Shown: one piece after another, positions 16,246 through 32,389 of the stretch
Layout of the letters: each line of letters starts with the position of its first letter
How positions within the stretch are numbered: position 1 is the first letter of the stretch
Translations under genes and position numbers: made by a program
Notes under the pieces: model-generated
Told to the model about the DNA's origin: nothing
Seen by the model: the letters and a program-made list of their open reading frames with translations, nothing else
The model's database searches: none
Origin: the human T2T-CHM13v2.0 reference genome, Homo sapiens
Length of the DNA stretch: 64,000 nt
NCBI RefSeq assembly: GCF_009914755.1
Contig: NC_060934.1
Strand: one strand, 5' to 3'

Positions 16246-16762
16246 GTTCCCAGCTCGTGGAGGAGAGAAGAGCAGTTCTGTGGGTTTGGCCTTAGACGAC
16301 AAAGGCTAGGGTTCACTGCCCCGTGCAGACACAGTCCACAGGCACTGTCACTCTGACAGCCTGATATCACTAGGGCCTGAGAGACTGGGCAAGACAGAGG
16401 GCTGTCAACATATGTTGACCACGTCACTGTCTGCACTTAACAGAGCAGATTATCAAGATCGTAGAAGTTTTGTACAGAGAAAAAATGAAGGCCAGGCTAG
16501 CTGAGTGATTTACGCTGACTGACACTATGCAACTTTGTGGCTACACATCCTCTCGTGTTTTATAAGCATGTTCTACCTGCATCGATATGAGAGAGGATTC
16601 TGAATGAGATGGCCTACATAAACAGTGCCCATAGCTCCTGTCTGAAAATTGAGACACAGTCTGACAAGTATAAACAGACATCTGGAATTCATCATGCAGG
16701 GTACCTGAAACCAGGACAGGCTCAGAAAATGCAGGGTGTGTCATCACCCTACCTACCTCACT

Positions 16763-16883
16763 AGGCTCCCAGGCCCCTCCCCTGGAGAGCTGATTCAGTA
16801 AGTCCGGGTGGTGCCTGAGAATCTATATTTTTAATAAGTGCCCTGAGGAAATTCTTAAGCTTAGGTAAGTTTGGGAAACACTG
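16763..16883. mobile_element. MER5-family hAT relic
   Basis: ctgattcagtaagtccgggtggtgcctgagaatct...agtttgggaaacactg. Confidence 0.7.
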
Positions 16884-16989
16884 GATTGGACTAATTATAC
16901 TTTGTAACACTTAGCTTTCTCAAGATAGTTCCTACCTTTAAATCCCATTTAGCACTGTCATCAGTTATGTTAGCTTATAAATGGTAACA

Positions 16990-17220
16990 ATAAATGAATT
17001 TTATTTTATCTTAATCCCCCAAATAACATAATTTTGATAATATCCATTTTAAAGAAAGAAGTTAAGTAATTGTGCAAGCTCATACAGGTAGTAAGTGACA
17101 AAAGGCAATTCTCCAGGAAGAAGGATGGGAAGATGGGGTAATAGGGAGGGAGAGGCAGGGATTTAAACAGAGATCTAACTCTAACAGCTATACTTGTAAC
17201 CACTATATACACAGCCTCCT
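16990..17220 (-). mobile_element. MIR
   Basis: tccattttaaagaaagaagttaagtaattgtgcaagctcatacaggtagtaagtg. Confidence 0.55.
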
Positions 17221-17479
17221 ATACAAACATCAATCCTGTTCATTTTTTTTTTAAAGTAATGGCGGTTGACTTATTTCTAAAAGTCAAAAAGGTTTAGAAA
17301 AACATTTCTGAGTTATTATTCCTTTCTGGCTATACAGAGACCCAAAGATCCAAAAATATCTCTTAACAAATTGTTTTTATCGACTGCTGCTCTCAAATTT
17401 CCCTTTTGATGAAGTTTTGATCCTAGCCTCCATACCTCTCCCCAGTAGTAAAAAGATACAATAAAAAAGTCAACAGCTT

Positions 17480-17782
<303 letters not shown>

Positions 17783-18126
17783 AAAAAGTCAACAGCTCCT
17801 CCCATAGAAACAATCAGAGGAATTACAATAGGTTATAATTTAGCCCCAAAATCTAGTCAATACCAGATAGAGGGGTAGATTTTTATACCAATTTATAACG
17901 AACAAAAGTCATATTCAAACATTTTTCTAGCTGCTCTGTTCTATCATGCCTAACACTGAAATTTTTTAAAAGAAGAAAATCCATCTTTTCCATTCTTCCT
18001 GCCTTAAAAAAGACCTGATATGTCAAGTGAACAGTACTTCTACACCCTTCTCCTCTCCAGCCTCAGGTTAATTTAAAAAGTCACTCAAGTTTGAAAAGGA
18101 CACAAAAACTATAACCAAAGGCAAAC

Positions 18127-18430
18127 TCATGATTCTTTCAACAAGTACTTATTGAGGGCTTCTAATATGCCAGGCACTGTTCTAGGTGCTATAGATACAG
18201 CAGGGAATAAAACAAAGACCTCTGCCCTCAAGGAGTTCACATGCAGCCAACAGCTCATCAGGCAGTGAAAGGTGCTGCTGAGCCCAAGGGTGCAGGGATG
18301 GGAGGGGGTGATGTACCTGAAGTGGTCAGGGAAAGTCTCCCTAACAGGGCCATCTGAGCAGAGGCCCGAGGAATGGGGAGCAAAGCACACTATATCTGCG
18401 GGGGGAGAGCATCCTCTAAAGAGAAAGGAG
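18127..18430 (-). mobile_element. L2 3' end
   Basis: ttcaacaagtacttattgag...atgccaggcactgttctaggtgct. Confidence 0.8.
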
Positions 18431-18589
18431 GGTGCCCGGCTGACCCCACTCCCACCCAAACCACAATCCACCAACATTTTCTACCTGCAGACATGGCACC
18501 AGCCTTCTCCCAGTTGCTCAGGCCTGAAACTGAGCTGTGATCCTTCCTCTCCCTCCTGATTACTCTATCTTCCCATCCTTCTTCCTGGA

Positions 18590-18912
18590 GAATTGCCTTC
18601 CCCATCTCCCTTGTCCTGGAATACTCTCCTCTTACCCTTCAGACTTCTCACTAGAAGTCATTCCCCCAGAGTGAATTTTCTGATCTCCCCATTACATGTA
18701 GATCCTACATTACACACTTATTAAACTTACTACACTCTGTACTTCTCCCAGCACTAGTCACAACTATAATTAAATCATTATTTCTGTAATTTAATGTCTG
18801 CTCTGCCTCAATAAACTAATCTCCATGAAGGCAAAGACCATATTGATTGTACTCATTTTTGCATCTCTAGTGCCTGAAAAATAGCCGAGTTCAATAAATA
18901 TTGGAGAAGGAA
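18590..18912 (+). mobile_element. L2 3' end
   Basis: ctccatgaaggcaaagacc...tctctagtgcctg...tcaataaatatt. Confidence 0.65.
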
Positions 18913-21900
18913 TTAAGCCTTCCTTCTCATGCTTCCGTGTTCTTGCTCAAAGAAAATTTACAGTTGCATTTTTCCATGGCATCATCTATGCCACACAGAT
19001 TTCCTTCCTAATAAAAAAAAAAGTTAGGAGCTATGAAAAATCCATACATAGATAATGAAGTCCCTAAGTGAGCCATTCAGACCACGTGTCTGCTCAGTTT
19101 CATTTCATATTACAGAATCCTACACTAAAAGGGAAGGCAGCAAAGCAGAGCTGCCCACTCACTCCTAAGATCACACAGGTCACTCCTCCAGGAGCAAATT
19201 AAAGGGATGTGCTGCTTGTCCACAATTATCAGAATTTTTTTAAATTAAAGATAATGGGAGCCACTTACTCTGTGACAGGAAGTAAAAAGGCAGTGCAGCA
19301 AGCACATACCTCCTAATTTAAATGTTAATAGTGGCCACCATTAGCTGCACCCTTCCCAGGTGCCAGGTACCCTGCTAGGTGCTTCACGCACATGACCTCA
19401 CTTAACTGAACCCAGTCTTTGCAGCCACACCATGATCCAAATGAATAAGTGCTTCAACCCAGGAATAGGAAGCAATACTGTCGGGCCCCAAAACCCCTGC
19501 AAAGCATGTCCATTACAACCCATTGTTCTAGTACCAAATGCACCCAGAATGCTGGTACCGAATGGGAAACACACAGCTGCTCTAGTCCAAACTCCCCCAG
19601 GCTTATAGGCCCAGAGAGGGGAAGCAACTGGCACAAGATCACACAGCCCATTGGTAGCTAGGTCTGGCCAAAAGCTCTATCCCTGTCAGGCCATCCTTCT
19701 GACAGATCAAACCATTCCTCACAGAGGGTCCCTAAAACCCTGAGAATAAGTGTGTCAAGTCAAGCTTTCCTAAGGAACACTGCAATGTTATAAAAAGCCT
19801 AAAGTACCATTTAGAGTTGAGCAAAAGCAAAACAGAAGGACTTTATCTCTTCTTTCTTGCAGCTGCCACTGATCTGAGTTCACACAACAAGCCCCTTTGT
19901 CTCTGAGCTCCCATGCAGCTCTTCTGAGCGACAGAAGCCCAGGAACACCAAGGTCCTGGGCTCAGGCCAGCCCAAGCTGAGCGAAACAGGCTAAAATACA
20001 GGCGGCTTGGACATTCCTTTATCAAACACTCTGGAGGGGCAGAAAGCACAATTTTGCACACATGATCACACTCTGTACCTACAGTGGAGTGAAATCAGGC
20101 CTGAGCCATGGAATTCACCTGTGCACCCTGAACAGCACCCTGATTTTTATGATCCCTGTGGCAAATCCTATCACTTGCATCCAACTGAATTTACCATAGA
20201 ATCCAACCACCTCTTTTTTTCCTCAAATTAGCCAACTACCAGCCAATAGCCTGGTATAATAACACCACTTACCAGAACCACTGGGCCTGCCAGGCTAGAC
20301 TAAATCAGCAATTACACGCACTTAGTGACAAGAAGTTCTCATGGAGAAGTCCCCAGATGGCTTCATGCTATCCTCAGGGGCCTCAGGCCCCAATACCCTA
20401 ATACCCTGGAATGGCAATGCCCAAGAGAACTTATGTTCCAACCAGGGGTTCCAAGCCAGTGGCTCCTCTGGTTACAGTAAGCCTCAGCTTAGTTGGAGAC
20501 AGGAAGAGAACCATTTAATCCCCCACAACAGATCCCATGAGGGACAATTCATGGGATCTGCTAAAGATGTACCCACTCCCTACTACTGGCCCCAGCAACT
20601 CAGCCAGTCTTTGACCACCTCAAGCAATGTATGGGCTCCCCAAAGGTGCTGTGTGACAACAATGCTCTATTTAAAACTACAGTCGTTTATTCTGTGAGTT
20701 GTTTTTAAAGTAAAAATCAAATGATAATGTATATAAGAGCACCTCAAACATTTAAAGAGCTAAACAATCCAAGAGTATTCAAAGATTTACCATTTTGGCA
20801 TGCTAACCACACTTGAGGGCTGAGACTCAGGGGCCATAAGTTTATGGGGTCTCCATGTCCTCATAGTAGGCCACATGGGCTGTAGTGGAAAACCAGCACA
20901 GTCAGACATTGACTGAATCCTAGAGCTGCATCCTAGGGCAAGTGACACAAGCTGCTTCAGCTCACGTTTCTCATCAGTTAACTGCGGTTAACATCTCTCT
21001 TGGTATGACAGTGAAATATCAAGTGACAAAAAGGAAGTCATGTCAGTCATTAGCCAAAAGCCAGCAATAGATTACTATGGCCCCCTTTCTGATGGGATTT
21101 CACTGTGACTAGTCTAGACCGCAGGGAGACCTCTTTAAGTAAAGGATCTCCAACAGCGGAGTTTGTTTGACTCACTGTGGCAGGTGGTTGGAAAGAACCT
21201 CTTTGGGGCAGACTTGTGGGTAACTGCCAATTCTCTATACCTTTTGGACCAGGCTCTGACCTAAGGAGAATATAAGAAGTTGTCGGTGAAGTTCTTAAGC
21301 CTCTGCCATAAAACCTTGGGCTTTCTGTCTTCCACACTAGACCAAATTCTGCTAACACATTAAGGCTGAATTCAAATGTCATCTCCTATGTAATAGCTTC
21401 CTCCTTAGAGATCTCCCCTGTTGCTGAAGTTTAGCTGGCTGTACATGGTTTGGTCCACCCTGATGGATGGTAATTTCCTTAAAAACAGGGCTTGGGGCTC
21501 ATTTGCCTGTGTAAACTCAGCACCTCATCACAGATGTGGCATCTAGTTAATGATTATTGGTAAGTGCTTGCTCAACTGAGTTGACTACTGAACAGCATTA
21601 AATTCAAACCAATTTAGTAAATCCCAGTTTTAAATAAACAAGAAATTTCCTGTTGGGGAAAGACTGTGTAATCTTATACATATTGTTGAGATATCTGTCC
21701 CAAAAGGATAGAAGTTATATCCTTCAACCCCACGAATCACAGCCAAGAGTTTGGAATTTAAGCCTTCTTTCAAAATCATATCTTTACTTTGATTTATAAA
21801 GGATGTTGATTATCAAGAAACACAGTTTAAGAGCTCTACAGCTTCAAATTTCCAGTTAGAACCCTCCAATTCTTGCTGTAAACATTTGTGAATTGTATTT

Positions 21901-22434
21901 TAGAGAGTGATTAAATTAGCCATTCCTCCTCCCACCAAATCAAACATGTTGGTTTTTCCAGTAAGACATTTGATAAGCCATTCTAGGAAAATATACATAC
22001 ACATATATATATCACAGTGCATTTGTTATGGCTGAGATTAAAAAGGATCTGAAAAGTCAACTCTTCTCTAGTGATGAATATTTTAATGGCAAAGGAATCA
22101 GGAGAGGTGATAGAGTGAAATTTGACTGCACATTGTATACTAAACACTATCTCCACTAACGCTAGAATCAGCAGCTTTTGTTTTAACCTTCCAGCAGCAT
22201 TCTGTTTAACAAAGATCATTAGAGCATCCACCTCTATAGTAATAGCTATTTCCATCACCCAATTAGAAGCCAGAGTACTGAAAGGGCTGCACCTTTGTAT
22301 TTGAATGAGGCATTCTGTATAACTAATGACTTAACAAATCCTTATCCAAGTAGCTAACAAAATGATCCTTTGATGGTATTTAAGCCAAAGTGCATCATCA
22401 ATTATTTATTTTTGTTGGTGGTGTTTTTATTTTA

Positions 22435-23148
22435 AAGTCAGACTTAATAAGGTATAATTTGCATGCAGTAATCCAATCTTTTAAGTGTACAGTTCAATGA
22501 GTTTTGACAAACACACACAGTCATGTAATCACCACCACAATCAAGATATAGAACATTTCATTTATCTCAAAAATTTCCCTATGCCCTTTGTAGTCAATCT
22601 TCTCCCCCATCACATGCTCCTGGCAGTCATGATCTATTTTCTAACCCTATACTCTTGCCTTTTCCAGAATGTCATTTAAATTGAATCATAAAGTACGGAT
22701 TCTTTTGAGTTTGGCTCCTTTCACATAACATAATGCGTTTGAGATTCAGCCAAATAGTTGTGTTGTTCTTTCTTATTGATGAACAGTATTCCATTAATAG
22801 GCATACCAGTTTGTTTATCCATTCACTAGTTGAAGGACAATTACATTTTTTCCAGTTTTAGCAGTTATGAATAAAGCTGTTAGAAGTATTAGCCTACAGG
22901 TTTTTGTGTGAATAGAGGTTTTCAATTCTCTTGGATAAATACTTAAGAGTGAAACTACTCGCTTATATGGTATATGTTTAACTTTGTAAACACCACCTAT
23001 TTTCCAAAGTGGCTATATCTTCTCAGACTCTCACCAGCAATGTAGGAGAGTTCTAGTTGCTCTGTATCTTTGTCAGTACTTGGTATTATCTGTTTTTGTT
23101 TTGTTTGTTTGCTTCTTACTTATTTTAATAGATGTGTAGTGGTATCTC
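22435..23148 (-). mobile_element. L1M (L1MB8/L1ME-type) 3' end
   Basis: ttaagtgtacagttcaatgagttttgacaaa...caccaccacaatcaagatatagaacatt. Confidence 0.85.
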
Positions 23149-23154
23149 TGTGTT

Positions 23155-23475
23155 TTTTTTTTTTTACTTTTGATTTTGAAATAACTCTAGACTCACATAG
23201 AAGATACAAACATTGTAGAATGTTCCTGTGTATCCTTCACCCAGCTTCTCCCCATATCTTACGTAATAACTATACAATTATCAAAGCACAAACTTGACAC
23301 TGGGTACAATACTATTACTATTAATAAACTACAGCCCACGTTCAGATTTCACTAGTTTTTACATGTTCTTTGTTGTTTGTTTGGGTTTTTTTACATACAA
23401 TTCTATAAAACTTTATCTCATATATAGATTTATATAACAATTTCCACAATCGGGATATAAATCTGTTCCATCAAA
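23155..23475 (-). mobile_element. L1MC/L1MD-type 3' end
   Basis: ttttgaaataactctagactcaca...cttcacccagcttctcccc. Confidence 0.7.
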
Positions 23476-23790
23476 GCACATTATGTATTGAAAAGACCCT
23501 TTTGGGATTATAAACATCATCTGCTGGAAGCACTTTGGTAAATGATGAGGACTTTCTTTTGACCTTTTCCCTTACCACATTAAAAAGCCAATTGTCTATG
23601 CTCCAGCTGGTATGTACAAACCACAATTGCCAGAGAAGTTCACTTTTCAGAATGGGTGTTTGTCCTGTTCACTCTTTGTTTATTATATGCCAGACCCAGT
23701 AGAGGCAGAGTGGATAAAATAGCAAACAAGAGAACAGTACTTCCTGCCTTTAAAAGAATTTAGAGTGTGAGAAATATTCATTCACTCATT

Positions 23791-23794
<4 letters not shown>

Positions 23795-23842
<48 letters not shown>
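23795..23842 (+). repeat. (CA)24 microsatellite
   Basis: 24 uninterrupted CA units. Confidence 0.98.
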
Positions 23843-23844
<2 letters not shown>

Positions 23845-26800
23845 GACAGACACTATCCATGAATGAAAAGTAAAAAGTGAGATGAAAGGTTAAAACACAA
23901 TCTGGTTAAGACAGTGAGGAAGGTCCTTGTAAGCAAGCCCCATCCTCAGACTCAGTATTCAAGGCCTTCTGTGGGACCAGGTCATCCAAGTGCCAGAGCC
24001 ATTGAGTATGAAACACAGAAACCAACAAGTTCTTAAAGCAGAATACAAAGATGCTCAGGGCTTAAGAAATTCACTGAAGACTTCTTATCTTCTCCTTAAG
24101 TCAGAGTCCAGCCCAAAAGATATACAGAGTTGGCAATTATCCATGTGATGTTACCTTAGGACACCCATAGGCCTATTTCTGCCCTAAAAGGTTCTTTGCA
24201 ACCACCTGCCACAGTGAGCCAAACGCTACTACTAGAGATCTTGTAGTTACAGAGGTCTCCCTCTGCTCTAGATGAGTCACAATGAAATCTTATCAGAAAG
24301 TGGGGACACAGTAATCCATCACTGGCTTTTGGCTCTGGCATGACCCTCTCCTCTTGTCTGAGGGATCCACACTTATAAAATTCTTCAAGGTAAACTGCCC
24401 CTCTTCCCTTCTAACCTGTACATAATTTTGTCATTAATCTCTAATGCTATTTGTCCCATGTCTCTCTCTCCATTCTATACTAATAATCTCAGAAGTCTGA
24501 CTCATCTCCGTATCTCCTGGCATCTGTACCCTCAGCTCCCACGCACACAGTAGATGTCAATAAACATTCAGTGAATGTTCACATACAAGGTATGATTTCA
24601 GATTACAATGTCCATAGTAGGGCTTTGAGGGAGTGGATTGTGAAACAGATGGGTCATAATAGGAAAGATACCAATCAAAGGCATGGGGAAGGCTATCCGG
24701 TTCAAGAAGCATACCACAGAGTAGCTGAATATGGCAACAGGGTACTTGGGCACCTGAGAGAGGGCAGACGCAGGACAGAAGGAGATGGTGTGAGGGAGTA
24801 GGAAACAAGACTTCTCCATACATGATAGCACTCAGAACCAAGCTAGCACCTGTCAGAGAAAAAAAACCAGACATACCCTGAAGCAGAAAGGAGAGAGAGA
24901 AAGGGCTCTCTCTCTGTCTTCATGACTTTGTTTATATGGACATTTGCCAAGAGCAGGGCTATGGGAGACCAGGAGCTCAAAAAGAAGCAAGTATTTGCAA
25001 CAGCTGCTATGGAAGTCAGCTAGGAAATTAATAAGAAATGAGATCAAGGACGTCAACTCACATACCAGTTCCAAAACCCTCTGGAGTCCCTCTGTGCACA
25101 AGGCAATGACCTGGGTTTGCCAGTCCATGAGGGCTGGGTCCTATCCTGCAATGCCTTCTGATCCAGCTATGAGGAAGTTCGCAGGCTGCCCAAGAGTTTA
25201 TGGGAAAAAAAGACACTGTTCTTGGCCCTGCATTAATTGAGCTTCCACATGTAGAAATGGTTTAGTGATTAGTAAACGCAAGAACTCCCAAATCAAACAC
25301 TGTTTTACAACATAAATTTAAAACTATCAGAAAATTATTCCAGCTCATATTTCCAAAACCACTGGTTTTTCAGCAGGACTTCCTCTTAACCAGCACCTTG
25401 GCCTTTGCCACCTTGCAGTACCCGGGGTAACACATGGACTATGGAAAGGAGATGGGGGACCCTGCAGCCAGCCACACTTACCCACTACAAGTCTTGAAGA
25501 CAGCTAGCCCTGAGAGCTCCCAGATAGAGGGCTGAAATACACCACAAAATGAAGTAGGGACATCCTTCCACAAGTTTCACTTGTAATTTTTGTAGTATGC
25601 CTCATGTGGGTAACAAATGCTACCATTACAATGCTATTTTCCAAAAACACTGAGCTTCTTGGATGCAAGGTGTTAAGTACCAGTAGGTCCCCAGTCACTC
25701 AAGTTTCAGTTACACCAATTGCTTATACTCTCTCTGTCCTCACTAAGGTTTCAACCAAGAAGAACCTTGCTTCCTGGTAACACAGTGAACCACAAAGTAA
25801 AACAGAAACTGGCAACCGCAAGATGGTTTTCAATGGTCCCTGGGAAAAACAGCGAAGTAGGTAGAAGTGCCCCTTTCAGCTCCAGTTTGGAAAGGTCACC
25901 AGACACTGGTGCAGCCCTCTGGCCACCCCAAGGACCAGTTGTAGCTCCCAAACAAGTGCCCCTTCCCCCTAGGAGTCTTTGAGGCTTCAAAACTACCTTC
26001 AACACTTCCTCTCCACCCCCATCCCAAGCCAAAACTGCCCTTCCCAACCAGTTTAGCTAGGAAATGGACACTCCCAGGTGTGAATGACACAAAGACTTCT
26101 TCTAATCCAGAGACTGAAATAATAGCTCCAGACCAGATAGGATGTTAATATCTCCAAGCCCTCATTCACTCAAAAGCTATTACAATAATGTATCTAAAGA
26201 TGAGGATAGCACTAAAAATGCATTAAATGCATATTCATCAATTAATAAAATCAGCATTCAGGTTTATATTAAGCTCAAAATTAAGCCATTTAGACCCAGA
26301 CTGTTTCATAGTATTTATAAACATTTTTTAAAAATATAAGGTACTTTAGCACAAATATTCCTAATGGCTGTTTCACATCAGAAACTAGAACTGGGTTATT
26401 CTTCAACAACAGGACACTGCCAGGGACCAGCAGAGACTGTTCACAAAATGACCCCGAAGAAAACGTCACACTTCATGTATTTTCAAACCCATGAAGAATA
26501 GTTATGAATCAAAGCTGAGTCTTAAATCTCATTTCAATTCCAACTTTCCTCCTACCAAAGGAAAGGAGGCATATTGTTAAGTTCAAAAGACCCAAACAAG
26601 ATATCAAAAAGTTGCCTGTGAGCACCAAAAAAAAGATATTTCATATAATTTATCTGCAAATACCAAAAATGCAGTTCATGGCAATTACGCCTGTGCCAAC
26701 ATGTCGTTGTGTTTTGTCATAGGTATTTCTAAATGATGCAGTCTGAATGAAATGTCCATTTTTCCAAACTCATAAAAGGGCGAGGAGAAGAAAAACTAAC

Positions 26801-26859
26801 ATTCTGGTGATTGTCTACCTACCATGTATACCAAACCTTGACACGATAAGTCTTTGAGA

Positions 26860-27000
26860 TTGTTAAATATCCCTTAATATCCATTCTCCCTTTCTTCCTT
26901 ATAACAAAACCCCCAGTTCTTTTAACTGATACCCAGAAAAAGAACCATAGTTCCCGGACTCTTTTGCAGCTAGGAGTGGCTACGTGGCTATGCTCTAACC
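26860..27000. mobile_element. ERVL LTR33-like fragment
   Basis: tccattctccctttcttcctt...ttgcagctaggagtggctacgtggct. Confidence 0.55.
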
Positions 27001-27009
27001 CAGCAGTGC

Positions 27010-27200
27010 TAAAAGTCTCATATGGCTCTTATGATTACATAGGGCCCACCTGGACAATTCAGGATGTGCTCCCTATCTCAAGATCCTGAGCTTAATCACA
27101 TCTATAGTCTTTTGCCATGTAAGGTAATATATTCACAGCTACTGGGAACTAGGTCATGCCACATCTTTGGGGGCCATTAGACCATTATTCTGCTACCACA
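27010..27200 (-). mobile_element. MaLR MLT1 (C/D-like) LTR 5' part
   Basis: gattacatagggcccacctgga...tttgccatgtaaggtaa...ccattattctgctaccaca. Confidence 0.8.
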
Positions 27201-29689
27201 ATATGCTAGATATCATAAACAAAGTTCTTTAAGGTCCTCAATAATTTTTAAAAGTATAGAGGGGTCCTAAAACCAAAATGCTTAAGAACCACTGCTGTAG
27301 CATATAAACAGATTAAGGTAGTTATTAGGTGGGGAAAAGCAAAACTCAGCAAAGCTAAGTGATTAACCAAAGTCCTACAGACTATCAGTAGATCTTCAAC
27401 TTGAACCCAGGCAGTCTGGCTACTGATGAACCTGTTATAGCTCCCTCTGTCCCATGCACCAGTCTCTGAACTCCCAGACTGTGGCAAGGGCCAAAAAAGT
27501 TATTCTGTAGGAATTTTTTGCACGCATCAAACAGAAGATACAACAAGCACTCACATATGAATCTGGTGAGCAGGAGGAAGAACAGGTTGGAGAGGAAGGT
27601 GATTAAAATAATCCTAACTTTTCAAAACCTTATTTAGAAACAGACTAACTCATTATCTTTTGTGAGAATGGAGCAAAATGTTACAAATGGCCAAGTGTCC
27701 CAGTGCCAAGTCAAAGAGAGATGAGTAACCCTGCTCACTGCAGAGGAACACGATTGTGACTAAAGTACTGGAGACACAGGAACACTGCTCTGGGTCATAC
27801 ATCAGAGCCTGGTCACTTGTCTTGACAATGACTGTCAAGCCTCACCTTTTAGCACCCTAACTGACATAAACCTATGAAAGACAGCACTCTTGGGCTGTGT
27901 CTCTGCATTGTTTTGATACGACCAGAATCCAACTTCACTGTGGAAAAGAAACAGCACTCAGGTGAATTCTGTTAAAAATCATGCTAATCATGCAACTCAT
28001 AACCTTCAAAGGGACCCATTTACAGAGAACTGACAAGTTCAAAGGGCCAGTTACTGCTTTGCCAAATCAAGTCCCCGGCCCAGGACAACAGAACTGGAGC
28101 AGTGGCAATGAGATGTCTTTCCCTTTGCCTGAGCAGTGTGCCATAGAGCCTGATGGCTCCACTGGCACAGAAGGCTAGGCAAAGCTCACTCAGGAAGCAC
28201 TGGCCATCCCTGACAAGCATCTCCAGTACTACTCCATCACCTCCCCAGCTCCCCAGGTGAAGCTTCTGGAGTGCTCAGCTTTCCAACCATTTGGAAAGCA
28301 AAAACTAGCAGCAGTGACTGAACTGACCGCCAAGAAAAACCCAAGAATACAAGGACACAGTTGGAAGTTACTACCCATTAGAATTTGCTATCAAAGCAAG
28401 GAAAAGCTACACAATTTTCTGATATTTTTATTTTTCAAATGAAAGTATAGAGCCAATACCAGGCAATTCCTCAAAGAATCTCTCATCGCAGAGCTCGGCA
28501 TTTCCTAGAAATGTTTTCAGTGCCTGTCTTTCCTATAATTAGACTAGTATTACAAATATCCTACCTGTAATCTACAAAGCAAAGAGACTGCAAATTAGAG
28601 ACATGCCTAATGTATTACTTTCATCACAAAATCCACACACACACTTGTCAGATCTGTGTAGCCTCTAAAAACATATGGTTGTCTATTGGTAATTATTCTG
28701 CTGCAGAAGGAATAATAATTAAAAAAAAACTGTTAAATCAGCAACCTCACTTGACATCCACTTTGAAATACTTTTTTCATGTGCCAAAGCCCAAGGCAAC
28801 TTAGCATTCTACAGACCAAAAATTTCATGCTGCTTTCTATGCCTATTAAGGGGATGCAGAATGTAAGAACATGGAGCTTACAGGGATGATGCCTCTAATT
28901 CACAACAGCAAACATCAATTTTCTGCATTCCATGTGAAGAAGAAACACATCCACAGGCAGAGACCCACAACTGACTCGTTTATATCTAAGACTCTGCATA
29001 GAAAGAAAAATGGCATTGTGACAGAAAATAGATTGGGAGGCATAACAAATTGGTGCTGAATAAGTACTCTGTTCTAATGAGTTATTCCAAGAGTGGTAAT
29101 TTCAGTTTCCAAGGGAGTAAATATTCAATAGATTAACTACAAAAAGAACCCCGGCAAAAGTGTAAGGATATAGTATGTCATATGTTTAGCTAGCTTTCAA
29201 AAAGATCACTCTTGCACTATTTTCTTTATCCTTAGGTGAAATAAAGGAAAGTAATAAATTGATAAAGAGTACTTAGAGACAACTGATTTTTAAAAATCAT
29301 TTGAGCATTCCTAATTCAGGAATTCTGGTGGATTAGATATTTGCAAGGCCCTTCTGCTATACTATAATTAGAGTCTGAATAAATTACATTTAAAAATACT
29401 TTTTAATGCATTGGTTAGCTCCAGGTAGAGAAACAAATCCCGTGAGAATATAGTGGGAACATCTACTGTTCCTGAGCAAAGAACACTCAGGATTGGGCAA
29501 AAAAGAAAGTTGGAGTTGCCCTGGAGGTAACTATGAATACCAGCAATGGGGTGGGGCAACTAGACATCCAAGTTTCAGCATGGTGGAGAAAGCCCAGCTT
29601 TAAACCAAAGGGAATAGGTATTCAAAGGGAAGAGAAGTGGTCCTGGGTCTGTAGCATCCTCCTGGCTCCTAGCACAAACAAAATCTCAA

Positions 29690-31740
<2,051 letters not shown>

Positions 31741-32389
31741 TATATACAGACATAGTAATCAACATATACACAGACACAGAAATAGAACATAGAAACAGAC
31801 ATAGAATCAACGATAACACTAGAGACACTGTTTCGTTCATCTAACTTTTACGTTCTAGGTCAAGCTCTTTATTTCATCTCAGGTTAGCACTCTGAGCAGC
31901 ACTGGACTTACCTGTTCAACTCCAGAGAAGAAGGCAGACCTGGTAACCGTGATCTTCCAGGACGAAAGCCTCCATCAAAAGCAATTCCAGATTAAGGGAA
32001 AAGGCATGCCCCCAACTAACATTATCCTAGAACCTTTCCTACCTGGTTTATGTGACTTCAAATTCAGCAGCATCCTTTTCTGTCATTTCCAGAGACTCAG
32101 GCTGACACTCTTTCCTGTGGCCTTTGCTTTATGCATTTCTACCACCCCCGCCCAGATTGCTTGCCTTCTCCAGTGGGGGAGCTGGCCTCTTTAAGTGTGT
32201 TTCCTACTTTTTCCAAACCACACAGGCCTTTTGTTGGCTAATTTTGCCCTTGGGCACCACAAAGGCCTGGAAGATCCCCTTATGCCATCAGAGCCTCACA
32301 CACAATCTCAGAACAAAGCAAGAGTGATTACAAGGAACTTCAGAACCATGAGTTCTTTGAGAATGGGTGAAATGCTGATTCTGACTTAC

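Noticed and set aside
18127-18912. Oppositely oriented L2 3' ends as a miR-28/miR-151-type hairpin
   Set aside because: The 3' ends point outward ~780 bp apart and are highly diverged; those miRNAs come from directly abutting ends.
19841-19862. Strong + strand acceptor ctttatctcttctttcttgcag
   Set aside because: No matching donor or coding signal seen downstream, and it is opposite to the inferred transcription direction.
32168-32185. CTCF-like ccagtgggggagc
   Set aside because: One base short of the core spacing and lacks the central AG; not supportable without a PWM scan.
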